Made by a program: the position numbers and the translations under genes. A stretch of 64,000 bases of DNA, taken from assembly GCA_963832745.1 (NCBI GenBank), contig CAWHVC010000002.1, positions 320,001 to 384,000 of the forward strand. Direction: 5' to 3'. The stretch's first letter is position 1. Each line of letters opens with the position of its first letter. This document shows, piece by piece, positions 20,028-29,123 of this stretch. A model generated the notes under the pieces. That model was not told where the DNA came from, did no database searches, and was given only the letters and a program-made list of their open reading frames with translations. The stretch is from Candidatus Bathyarchaeota archaeon. Its GTDB lineage: Archaea; Thermoproteota; Bathyarchaeia; Bathyarchaeales; Bathycorpusculaceae.

Positions 20028-20530
20028 TCTTCTATCTCTATGGTGGCTGCTGTCGTGAATTTTCTTTTTTGCATCCAGAATCCAACCAAGCCGCCCAAAG
20101 TCGGCATAACTATGAGCATTAAAACGAAAAGGCCCCAACTTCCAATAGCCGCAATTATTTGGTGACCAAACAGTATCATGCAGCCAACCACGCCGACTGC
20201 AAGGCCAAGCCAAGTCCCAACAGCAACATAGGCTACTTTTGGTCTTAAGTCTGGTCGGCGATTAAGCAGGTAAACCATTAGCATTAAAACAAAGCTGTAT
20301 GCAATTCCTGTAAGCCCATAACCCAATATTTTGCTGTCAATATATCCAAGCAGGAAAGGCACTACAACCAAAAGCACAAAAAGAGAGTAAGATATGGCTA
20401 AGCCAACATAGAAGCGACTGTTGAATTGAAAATTTTTTTCTTCAGCATTAAAACTATTGCTGGTTGGTATGGTGGGTTCTGTTGGAAACCAGCCTCTGAT
20501 GCGTGAACCTAAACTTTGCTTTCTTTTCAT
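20024..20530 (-). CDS. Membrane protein (about 4 TM) with N-terminal RIRGWFPTEP motif
   Basis: ATG preceded by GGAGG; four hydrophobic segments. Confidence 0.8.
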   Translation of the reverse strand: MKRKQSLGSRIRGWFPTEPTIPTSNSFNAEEKNFQFNSRFYVGLAISYSLFVLLVVVPFLLGYIDSKILGYGLTGIAYSFVLMLMVYLLNRRPDLRPKVAYVAVGTWLGLAVGVVGCMILFGHQIIAAIGSWGLFVLMLIVMPTLGGLVGFWMQKRKFTTAATIEIED

Positions 20531-20553
20531 GGAAGTAATCCTCCGTATAGTTT

Positions 20554-21696
20554 TTATTTGAAAAATGTTGGAGCTAAAAGTGGGTGATGGTCAGTGTTGT
20601 TAGTGTAAAGTTGGTAGGGATTGTTTCCTATTATGGAAGGGGCTTGTGGGAGGTGTACTTCTTCTATGGGATAATTGCTCCAAAAGTTGCCCATTTCGCC
20701 GTTGTCCCAAATATTGGATGAAAGGTTCTTTGGAACTAAAATGTATGAACAAGCATCGACAACTTGGTTAATATTATTGATGAAATTGTTGCCATAAAAG
20801 ATGTTGTTATTTGACCTAAATGGGCTAACTGCAAATTCAGTACATTGAGTAATATTGTTTCCACTAAAAAGATTTTTTGAACAGTCACGCATTTTAATTC
20901 CAATAGAATTGTTCACAAAATTGTTGTTGATTATTATGTTTCCTACGGTCGACATCATTCTGATTGCTCCGGTAAAGTTTATGATTTGGTTGTTAGAAAA
21001 ATTGTTGTAGCAGGCTGCAGATTCTATAGGTTCGATGTAAACGGCATAATGCCATCTTTCTAGTGCAGGGTTACCAATGTCAACTTTACCGTTTGGATTA
21101 TTAACAAAACAGTTTTCCGTTACATTTAGATGGCTGGCACGTAATAGCAATGAAATATTGGCCGATATGTGATTGTTCGAAATAGTGCAGCAGTCGCCTA
21201 ATACTTGAATTCCAGTATCCCAATCAACCATCTTTATATTTTTAACAGTTGAATTGGTTGAAAAAATCATAATCGCTTCATAGTTTCCTGGGCCGATTAA
21301 AAAATGTCCTGCGCCATCTAAAGTAATGTCGTCTTTTTGGATAAGAATGGAGTTGGAAATGTTTTGAGTAAACGTGTAAATTAAGCCGTCAACCTTTAGT
21401 ACATTTGAAGATGCATTAGGCCAAAGGCTCCCGTCAGGTTTAATGTAAATGTGGTCATGCAGGTTTAATCCCTCAGTAGTTGGAGGATTGTAGTCGGCAA
21501 ATGGCGGAACCGATTGGATTGGTGGAGCGCCAAAAAGGTAAATGTACGATACCGCAATTGAGGAGACAAGTAATGTTGTTGCGAGTATCAAAGTTATATG
21601 CGAGCGTATGTTTATTGCGCCAATTCTTCTAGTCTGAAAAGGCTCTTTAGGAAGCCAACCCCTAAAAATGTTTAGTGCTTTCTTCTTTAACTCCAA
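20554..21696 (-). CDS. Single-TM protein with extracellular NosD/right-handed beta-helix domain and N-terminal FRGWLPKEP motif
   Basis: One TM near aa 33-55; Asn-rich NNxFxxN repeats; WDNG..GNFWSNY and D.HPL C-terminal motifs. Confidence 0.8.
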   Translation of the reverse strand: MELKKKALNIFRGWLPKEPFQTRRIGAINIRSHITLILATTLLVSSIAVSYIYLFGAPPIQSVPPFADYNPPTTEGLNLHDHIYIKPDGSLWPNASSNVLKVDGLIYTFTQNISNSILIQKDDITLDGAGHFLIGPGNYEAIMIFSTNSTVKNIKMVDWDTGIQVLGDCCTISNNHISANISLLLRASHLNVTENCFVNNPNGKVDIGNPALERWHYAVYIEPIESAACYNNFSNNQIINFTGAIRMMSTVGNIIINNNFVNNSIGIKMRDCSKNLFSGNNITQCTEFAVSPFRSNNNIFYGNNFINNINQVVDACSYILVPKNLSSNIWDNGEMGNFWSNYPIEEVHLPQAPSIIGNNPYQLYTNNTDHHPLLAPTFFK

Positions 21697-22029
21697 TTAC
21701 CGCAACCTCACAGGTTTCAATTGTTTTCTGTATCGCCAGTAAAGCAGCAAATTAACCGTCAACAATGAGGGTAGGAAGATGCTGAAGAAAATGAGGGTTG
21801 ATTCGGCGGTGACCTGATGGTTGTAGTGGGGTTGAATAAGCAATGCATTGATGCCTAACGAAGTAGACACTATAATAACGTTGGCTATTGAACTGTGTTT
21901 GTACAGTTTCTTGTCCAATTCTGCCTTCGTTTTAGGTGCAGGCGAAGTGTTAACTACACAGTTTTTAGTAAAAGGTTCCTGTGGGAACCAGCCTTTGAAT
22001 AATTTGTCTAAGTCTTTTTTGTTTATCAT
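21697..22029 (-). CDS. Small 2-TM membrane protein with N-terminal FKGWFPQEP motif
   Basis: ATG overlaps the upstream TGA (ATGA); two hydrophobic helices; basic C-terminal tail. Confidence 0.8.
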   Translation of the reverse strand: MINKKDLDKLFKGWFPQEPFTKNCVVNTSPAPKTKAELDKKLYKHSSIANVIIVSTSLGINALLIQPHYNHQVTAESTLIFFSIFLPSLLTVNLLLYWRYRKQLKPVRLR

Positions 22030-22508
22030 AGTTTCAACTCCGGGATTAATTGGGAAAAAATCGTGTGTGCCAACTTGGCGGGGTGTTGTTTTTCCATGTC
22101 TTCAATTTCGATGCCTCTTTCGCGGGCGATGTCGATTAGGTATTGGCGTGTTTGGTTTAGGAATGCTGTGTCGGTTATTTCTTCGGGGTTGTCGTGCCAG
22201 TACCAGACTTTGATGCCGTGGCTGGTGGTGTAGGTGATTATGGCTTTGCGTTTTAGGGCTGGGTGGTAGCCGAGGAGGATGGCTTGTTTGGCGTATAGGT
22301 GTGTGATTTGGAGGTCGTTTGTTTGGGCTACGTCGAGCAAGGTTGTGGAGAGTTTGGCTTCGGCTTGGAGTTTGGTTTGGTTGATGAATTGGCGTGTGGT
22401 TTTTAGTTTTTCTGCTATGGCGTTTATGGTGAGGCCATTGCTGAGTAGGTGCCAGATGGTTTTTTGTTGTTGGCTTAGGGGCGATGAGAGCGCGCATGTG
22501 TTTACCAT
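22026..22508 (-). CDS. HTH regulator (LuxR/sigma70 region 4-like N-terminus) with uncharacterised C-terminal domain
   Basis: LSQQQKTIWHLLSNGLTINAIAEKLKTTRQFINQ HTH; first gene of the GWxP operon. Confidence 0.75.
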   Translation of the reverse strand: MVNTCALSSPLSQQQKTIWHLLSNGLTINAIAEKLKTTRQFINQTKLQAEAKLSTTLLDVAQTNDLQITHLYAKQAILLGYHPALKRKAIITYTTSHGIKVWYWHDNPEEITDTAFLNQTRQYLIDIARERGIEIEDMEKQHPAKLAHTIFSQLIPELKL

Positions 22509-22512
22509 TGTT

Positions 22513-22550
22513 AATACTTCACCGTAAATAATATGATGTTTACAAGTATT
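22513..22550. promoter_or_regulatory. Interrupted inverted repeat, candidate autoregulatory operator
   Basis: AATACTT-cacc-GTAAA-N10-TTTAC-AAGTATT between the HTH start codon and a TATA-like element. Confidence 0.45.
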
Positions 22551-22637
22551 TATTTTTAACTAAAAAACCAGCCAAACCCAAACATCTCAATCCAAAAATC
22601 GTATTAACCGCTTAACCGTCACACTATCAGGCGACAA

Positions 22638-22886
22638 ATGTTGTTTAGACAACGAAGAGAAGAAATCAAACAACAACTAACAGCAGCAATAGAAAAATTC
22701 AGACAAAAAGGCGCAACCTCACCCGAAAAAGCCCTAACCGCTCAAGAACTCGATCTCCCACCAAGATTCGAAGAAGCCATGCACAGGCGACTTGGACGAT
22801 CAGGCATTTTTGTGGAGGTAAACGGGAAATATTACCTCTCCGAAGCACAGCTAAAAGAAGTCCAGCAAAGACTCGCCGAAAGATAA
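22638..22886 (+). CDS. Small hypothetical protein, winged-helix-like
   Basis: 82 aa; GATSPEKALT..EL.L and GIFVEVNGKYYL wing; divergent from the HTH operon. Confidence 0.7.
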   Translation: MLFRQRREEIKQQLTAAIEKFRQKGATSPEKALTAQELDLPPRFEEAMHRRLGRSGIFVEVNGKYYLSEAQLKEVQQRLAER

Positions 22887-22897
22887 TCCCTGTCATG

Positions 22898-23557
22898 CTA
22901 TTTGGTGAGGTACCGTTTAAACCAGTCAACCGAAAACTCGGCAACCTCATCCAGCTTTCCCGGTTCCTCAAACAAGTGCGTTGCCCCCGGAATAACAATT
23001 AACTTCTTTTCAGCAGACATAAGGTTCAACGCTTGCTGATTCAATTCTATAACCTCTGCGTCGTCGCCTCCGACCAGCAAAAGCGTTGGCGCCCTGACCT
23101 TCCCCAAGTAGTCTGCTGCAAGGTCCGGTCTTCCGCCGCGTGAAACAACAGCTTTAATATCGTCTGCCAGTTTAGCTGCCGCAATCAAGGCTGCCGCAGC
23201 GCCAGTGCTTGCCCCAAAATAGCCAAAGGCCATGTTTTGGGTTGAAGGGTCAAGTTTTAGCCATTCTGTTGCTGCAATTAAACGTTCAGCAAGTAGATTG
23301 ATGTTGAAACGGTATTCTGCAGTGGACATGTCAGTTTCTTCTTCTTGAGAGGTTAGCAAATCAATAAGCAGGGTTGCAAAGCCGTTGTCGTTGAAGGTTT
23401 TTGCGACGTACTGGTTTCTTGGGCTAAACCTGCTGCTTCCGCTTCCGTGGGCAAAGGTTACGACTGCTGTCGTGTTTGGTGGTATTGTTAGGTTGCCCTC
23501 TATGGCGGCGTTTTTTGTAACGGGGATTCTAATTGGGGAAATTGTAGTTTCAAACAT
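22898..23557 (-). CDS. Dienelactone hydrolase-like alpha/beta hydrolase
   Basis: FAHGSGSSRFSPRN, GYFGASTG, VSRGGRPD, ATHLFEEPG. Confidence 0.85.
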   Translation of the reverse strand: MFETTISPIRIPVTKNAAIEGNLTIPPNTTAVVTFAHGSGSSRFSPRNQYVAKTFNDNGFATLLIDLLTSQEEETDMSTAEYRFNINLLAERLIAATEWLKLDPSTQNMAFGYFGASTGAAAALIAAAKLADDIKAVVSRGGRPDLAADYLGKVRAPTLLLVGGDDAEVIELNQQALNLMSAEKKLIVIPGATHLFEEPGKLDEVAEFSVDWFKRYLTK

Positions 23558-23564
23558 TCATTTT

Positions 23565-24230
23565 TCATCTCTGGGCAGGTTTCAAGATGTGACGTTCTCG
23601 GCTCTTTTTTAGTAAGTCAATTACTTCATAATCGCTGGTTTGGGCAAAATCTTCATAAAACTCTCCGATAGCATAGAAAGATTCAGGCATGTACAGACAA
23701 ACCACTCGGTCAGCTTGACGTTTTAGCTCTTCAATTGTTGAAGGCGGACCAACTGGAACTGCTGCAGTTACCGATTTTGCGCCTCTGTTTTTTACGGAAG
23801 CCAACGCAGCCTTCATTGTTGCTCCAGTAGCTATTCCGTCATCCACCACAATAACGTCTCTGCCGTTAAGGTTAGGGTAAGGCTCATTTGGACGGTATAA
23901 TCGCATGCGTCTTTGAATTTCCAGTTTTTCCGTTTCACCTGCACGTTCCACATAATCCTTGGGCACATTCAGGTAAGCCATTAAGTCTTCATCCAAAATT
24001 GCTGTACCGTCTTCAGTCATGGCGCCTATGGCTAACTCTGGGTTGCCGGGTGCACCGATTTTTCTTGGAATAATCACGTCTAAAGGAAAACCTAACGCTT
24101 CAGCAACCTCAAAACCAACAACCACTCCGCCGCGCGGAATAGCCAAAACCAATCCGTCTACAAAAGAGTGCTCTTTAAGCACGTCGGCTAAGCGTTGTCC
24201 TGCCTCGATGCGGTTCAAAAAATGTGGCAA
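23565..24230 (-). CDS. Phosphoribosyltransferase (COG1926 type)
   Basis: IPRGGVVV, IVVDDGIATGATM, FYEDF; TTG start at 24230 after GAGG. Confidence 0.85.
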   Translation of the reverse strand: MPHFLNRIEAGQRLADVLKEHSFVDGLVLAIPRGGVVVGFEVAEALGFPLDVIIPRKIGAPGNPELAIGAMTEDGTAILDEDLMAYLNVPKDYVERAGETEKLEIQRRMRLYRPNEPYPNLNGRDVIVVDDGIATGATMKAALASVKNRGAKSVTAAVPVGPPSTIEELKRQADRVVCLYMPESFYAIGEFYEDFAQTSDYEVIDLLKKSRERHILKPAQR

Positions 24231-24372
24231 GCTACTTTCCTCCTCAAAAACCTGCATTAATATTATTGGTGCTGGAGTGTTAAATATTCTTCTAAACATG
24301 GTTTGTAGATGCTGTTAGGCAATCACAAAAGTTTGAAAAGCCGCAGTCCATGATTTAAGTTGGGTTTTTGTT

Positions 24373-24834
24373 TTGGCAACTAACATTTCTTCTTTAGATA
24401 GGGCAATTCAAAACGCGGTTTTATGGTTAAATGATGTACAAAATGAGTTGCAATGGGAAGACCGAGAAGTAGTGTATAAAGCAACAAAAGCGGTGCTGCA
24501 AACTATACGTGACAGGTTACCGCCGGGAGAACTGTTTCATTTCTCAGCTAACTTGCCCATGGTTTTCAAAGGCATGCTTTTTGACAGTTATGACCATGAA
24601 CAAAACAAAGAAATCAAAACAGTAGAAGACTTTTTCATACAAGTTCAATGTCATTATGATTCTCAAATGCGTGACATAATCGGCGCTCAAGAAGCAACTT
24701 GCGGAGTAATCAATACGCTTTTTAAAAGAATTGGTGAGGGCGAAATGAAAAAAGTGGCTGACGCTATGCCATTGAAGCTTAAATCGCTTTTCAGACAAGG
24801 AAGTAACACATTATCTATTGAAACTATGGGATAA
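24373..24834 (+). CDS. DUF2267-like protein
   Basis: WLNDVQ.EL, AVLQTIRDRLP...HFSANLP pattern. Confidence 0.7.
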   Translation: MATNISSLDRAIQNAVLWLNDVQNELQWEDREVVYKATKAVLQTIRDRLPPGELFHFSANLPMVFKGMLFDSYDHEQNKEIKTVEDFFIQVQCHYDSQMRDIIGAQEATCGVINTLFKRIGEGEMKKVADAMPLKLKSLFRQGSNTLSIETMG

Positions 24835-24856
24835 CGTTGAATTTAAGATGCCTGCC

Positions 24857-25460
24857 TTAATCATGAACTTTTTTGACAACAACTTTTTTAATAATTAATG
24901 CAATGCAGGCGACTATTATAATGATGATTGCAAGTGAGTTGAGTATTTCTTGGAATAAGTTAGCGTTCGTGTTTTGGGTTGTGGTCTTATAGGGTTTGTT
25001 TGGGGTAAAGGTTGCTGTTTGATTGATTTTTGGGTTGATTTTGGTTAACTTGTTTGCATAGTTTTCTGGTTGAATGTGCTGTTGTCTATGGATGTTAATT
25101 TTGGCTCCAATACTAATTCGAGTTCAGCATTGCTTACTTCAACTTGCTGCACCACTTGTATCGTAATGTTTTGGATTTTTTCAACAGTTAAAACGGTGTT
25201 CCACCCAACTGGAGAACCGGAGATTGTAAACGACACTTTCATTAAAATTAACGCTGACGGATTTAATGCCGTAAATGAACGTTAAATTTCCAAAGGACAC
25301 GGGAAGTCTCATAGTTTGATTTTTGATGTTGAATCTGAATTTTTCTATTGGTAGGCATGAACGGTAATCGTTAACTTGATTTCACTTGGATTAATTGAAA
25401 GGTACCCGTCACTTGGAAGGAAAAATTAGTTATAAAGTAGTTTTGTTTTCAAAATTGGTT
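24857..25460 (-). pseudogene. Degraded gene for a surface protein with C-terminal TM anchor
   Basis: Fragments in different frames: KVSFTISGSPVGW...ELVLEPK, then a Thr/Pro/Asn-rich linker plus LAIIIIIVACIALIIKKVVVKKVHD*; internal stops; upstream boundary approximate. Confidence 0.5.
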
Positions 25461-25807
25461 TCCTCGCTGGCTTTTTGTTGCCTGCTTCCGCCTATTTGAG
25501 GCCACCTTTGATGTCTGCTGTGAATACATATGAATTTGCCTAAAAAAGAGTGGACACCACGCTATCTTTTTTGACTCACAAAAAGTTTACACGATCAAAA
25601 ACTTATCTTCATGATTAGGAAAAGTTGCCGCTTTTTTGTGTTTTTTTGCGGTTGCCAGTATTCAGTTTTTGAAACGCAAGTTTGCAAACTTATTAGCGTT
25701 ACCTTGATATTTATTCATTTAATGCATACTTGTGCTGTTTTTTCAGCTCTGAAATTAAGAAACGCTTAACTGTTGCAACTTAAATACTATCTGGATGAGA
25801 CGAGATA

Positions 25808-26335
25808 ATGCCATCATTTGGACTATTCCGCAAGCAAAAAAATCAAGACCAACCAGAGCAACCTGCCGAAAATATTCAAGAACCTGAACAAACTCAAGTA
25901 GCCCAAGAGGCACCTGTAGAAGAAAACAAGCCTGAAGAGGTTACGGTTACCCCGCCAGAAAACCCTGCTACGGTTACTGCACCGTCTGAACCGGCAGTTG
26001 CCGTTGAGCCACCTGAACCTGCCGCGACAATTCAAACCGTTGCATGCAAAACATACCTTAAGGCTATGCCGCTTCGTGACTTGTCGGATTTAGAAGGTAT
26101 AAAAACTGAAGTCCAAAACGGCAACATACTGATTTTACGTATAACACCTCTTGCAAGCAAAAGCATAGAATCCGTGAAAAGCGCTGTGAACGAGCTTTAT
26201 GCTTTCACTGAATCTGTCGGTGGAGACATTGCCCGTTTAGGTGAAGAACGCGTTGTTATTTGTCCAAAAAATATTAGGATTTGGCGTGAAAAAGCGCCAG
26301 TTAAAAATGAGTCGCTGCCTACTACAGCAGCCTAA
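25808..26335 (+). CDS. sepF: Cell division protein SepF (DUF552)
   Basis: EVQNGNILIL...AVNEL....ESVGGDIARLGEERVVICP; N-terminal amphipathic MPSFGLFRK and Pro/Glu linker. Confidence 0.8.
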   Translation: MPSFGLFRKQKNQDQPEQPAENIQEPEQTQVAQEAPVEENKPEEVTVTPPENPATVTAPSEPAVAVEPPEPAATIQTVACKTYLKAMPLRDLSDLEGIKTEVQNGNILILRITPLASKSIESVKSAVNELYAFTESVGGDIARLGEERVVICPKNIRIWREKAPVKNESLPTTAA

Positions 26336-28247
26336 ATGTTTCCATTACGCTTGGTACTATAGTGTTAATGTTTGCTTTGTTTGCAAGGAAGTTTGCGAAG
26401 CTTATTGTCTTTTGTTTTTCGCCGTGAATGACAAAGATGCGTTCTGGCTTAGGGTTTAGATGTGTTAAGTAGTTTACTAGTTGTCGTCTGTCTGAGTGGC
26501 CAGAGAAACCGTCGATTGTTTCTGTCTGCATTTTAACTTGTAATGCCGCCATTTTGCCTTCGTTATCCATCATTGTTACTTCGCTTACACCTTTCTGGAC
26601 GCGTCTGCCCATGGTTCCTTCGATTTGGTAGCTGACAAAGATTATTGTGTTGCGTTCATCGTTTGCCCAGTTCTTGAAGTATTCAATTACTGGTCCACCT
26701 TCAAGCATGCCTGAAGTTGCAAGAACAATGCATGGTTCGCCTTCCATGATGCTTTGGCGTACGCTTGGGTGCTCAACGATGGTGAAGTAGTCAGACTGGA
26801 AAGGGTTAACTTCTTCATGCAGGATGCTGTGGCGTACTTCTCTGCCAAGGTATTCTGGGTAAGCTGTATGGATTGCTGTTGCTTCGCTTATCATGCCTTC
26901 AATGAAGACTGGGGCTTCTTTCATCATGCCTCGTTTCATGTAGCCGTCAATGATTAGCATGACTTCTTGTGCTCTGCCCACGGCGGGGACTGGAATTAGG
27001 ACTTTGCCTTTGCGTTCAAGGGTTTGGTTGATAATTTTGGTTAAGGCTTCTTCTGCTTCTACACGTGATGGCATGAAGTCGTCTGCGCCGCCGTAAGTTG
27101 ATTCAGTGATGACTGTTTCGATGCGAGGAAACTCTGTTGCTGCAGCTTCAAGTAGCATTGTTCTGCCGAACTTGTAGTCGCCAGTGTAAACTATGTTGTG
27201 TAAGCCTTCACCGATGTGCAAGTGAAGCATTGAACCGCCTAAAATGTGGCCTGAATTGTGCAGTGTTAAACGAATGTCTGGTGCAATGTCGGTGACTACG
27301 CCAAAACGTAGTGGGATAGTGTGGAGTACACATTCACGTATGTCTTTTTGGTCATAATGAGGTGTGACTCCCTGCTTGCTGGCTACATCTAAATAGTCCA
27401 TCTGCAACATAGTCATCAAGTTTGACGTTGGCGCTGAACAGTACACTGGGCCATCGTAACCATACTTGTAAAGGAACGGTAAAAGACCACAGTGGTCAAG
27501 ATGAGCGTGGCTGATAACTACTGCGTCAAGGTTGTCTATTTGGAATTCTGGTGAATCAAACCTTGGGAAAGACTCAAAGGGTCTGTTGGAGCCTGGGTTG
27601 ATACCGCAGTCCAAAAGTACGCTGCTTTCACGGGTCTTGATTAGAAATGCTGAGCGACCGACTTCTTGTGCGCCGCCTAAAACTGTCATGCGTATGTCGC
27701 CGACCTCATAGGTTTTAGGTCGGAAAATGCGTTCACCAACCGTGCGAAGAATTCTTTCACGTTCTTTGCTTTCTGAATGTAGGTAGTGACGCATGTGAGT
27801 GACAATTTTTGATTTGATTGGTGGACTTCGAAGTACGTGAGGGCGCCATTTTGTTTTCTTTATGATTTCTTGCAGCACAGCGCCGTTTCTGCCTATGACT
27901 AAGCCTGGTTTTTTGGTTTCAATAATGATTTCGCCTAGGCTGGGGTCAAAGTTGATGTCGGTGATTTCTGCTTCTGGAGAAATAAGTTCTCGTGTAATTT
28001 TTTCTGCTTCTGCTTCAGGCAACCGAACAGAGGGGTCTGGCCTGACAACAATTCTTTTACGGATAACACCGACTATTTCGGCGATTACGCTGCTTTGGTC
28101 AACTAGTACTTCTGGTTTTTTAGTATAAACTGAAAGCATTGGTCCCTCGTATTCAATTCGAGTGACTTCTGCTTCTCTTGGAACATGTTGTAAAATATAA
28201 TGGGTTATTTCTATTTTGTCTTTTTCTTTATCTTGTGTTCGCGCCAA
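26322..28247 (-). CDS. fttA: Archaeal beta-CASP ribonuclease aCPSF1 / transcription termination factor FttA
   Basis: KH domains; SHAHLDHCG MBL motif; GHILG; FSGHSD; follows psmB; TTG start at 28247. Confidence 0.95.
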   Translation of the reverse strand: MARTQDKEKDKIEITHYILQHVPREAEVTRIEYEGPMLSVYTKKPEVLVDQSSVIAEIVGVIRKRIVVRPDPSVRLPEAEAEKITRELISPEAEITDINFDPSLGEIIIETKKPGLVIGRNGAVLQEIIKKTKWRPHVLRSPPIKSKIVTHMRHYLHSESKERERILRTVGERIFRPKTYEVGDIRMTVLGGAQEVGRSAFLIKTRESSVLLDCGINPGSNRPFESFPRFDSPEFQIDNLDAVVISHAHLDHCGLLPFLYKYGYDGPVYCSAPTSNLMTMLQMDYLDVASKQGVTPHYDQKDIRECVLHTIPLRFGVVTDIAPDIRLTLHNSGHILGGSMLHLHIGEGLHNIVYTGDYKFGRTMLLEAAATEFPRIETVITESTYGGADDFMPSRVEAEEALTKIINQTLERKGKVLIPVPAVGRAQEVMLIIDGYMKRGMMKEAPVFIEGMISEATAIHTAYPEYLGREVRHSILHEEVNPFQSDYFTIVEHPSVRQSIMEGEPCIVLATSGMLEGGPVIEYFKNWANDERNTIIFVSYQIEGTMGRRVQKGVSEVTMMDNEGKMAALQVKMQTETIDGFSGHSDRRQLVNYLTHLNPKPERIFVIHGEKQKTISFANFLANKANINTIVPSVMETFRLL

Positions 28248-28251
28248 CTTT

Positions 28252-28902
28252 TTAACTTCCCGTGTTTGAAAGGAGTTCACGTTTTTCTTGTTCCGAGAGC
28301 TCCTTGTATCCGTTAGCATCGATTACGGTGATATTGTAACTGTTGCCGCTTGCAACATCGCGTTTCATAGCAGCGTTTACCGCTTTGGCAATTGTGGGTA
28401 ATACTTCTTTGATTGTTAAACCTTCACGGTACTTATCTTCCAATATGCCGTAAGCTACTGGTGAACCTGAACCTGTGGAAACAGATTTTTCTTCCATCAA
28501 GCTGCCGTAAGGATCCAGATTGAAAACGTGAGGTCCGGTTTCATCAATACCGCCGACCAGAACTTGGGTTGACAGGGGAACGTATCTATTGTTGAAGAGA
28601 ATGTTTGCAACTAGGCGTGCTGCGGAAAGAACTGGCATTGGTCGGTTCATGTTTATTTTGTAAAGTTTTGCGTTAGCAGTTAAGATATCTACTACCCTTT
28701 GCGCATCGGCGACTGTACCTGCAATGGTCATTCCTAAGTGGTCGTCAACTTTGTAGACTTTTTTTCCGAATTTGTGGGCAACGTAGTATCCCATGGTTAC
28801 TCTGGTGTCTGATGCAAGAATAACTCCGTCTTTGCAGACTACACCAATTGTTGTTGTTCCTTTAAGGACTAACTCGCTAGCAGCATTATTTTGTGATGAC
28901 AT
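28252..28902 (-). CDS. psmB: Proteasome subunit beta
   Basis: Propeptide then KGTTTIG; TGSGSP; RDVASG. Confidence 0.95.
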   Translation of the reverse strand: MSSQNNAASELVLKGTTTIGVVCKDGVILASDTRVTMGYYVAHKFGKKVYKVDDHLGMTIAGTVADAQRVVDILTANAKLYKINMNRPMPVLSAARLVANILFNNRYVPLSTQVLVGGIDETGPHVFNLDPYGSLMEEKSVSTGSGSPVAYGILEDKYREGLTIKEVLPTIAKAVNAAMKRDVASGNSYNITVIDANGYKELSEQEKRELLSNTGS

Positions 28903-29123
28903 GTATTTTATCTTCTCCCTAAAATTGATTTATTTATGTTGGATGGTGGATATCATCCCATAGGAAGTAGCAAGATGATATCGTTCTGTGAGCCTAATTA
29001 ATATTACGGTAACCTAAAAACGGGCTTAAAGATGATTATTTGTTTAATTTCGCCTTTAAATCAAAAAAGTTTAAACAGTAAAAACCCGATTTTATACTGC
29101 CCTAAAACTAAACGTGAACAATC

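Noticed and set aside
20028-20213. N-terminal extension of the 229-aa ORF 19524..20213
   Set aside because: It overlaps the upstream gene out of frame; the TTG at 20027 places the GWFP motif at the same position as in the other three proteins
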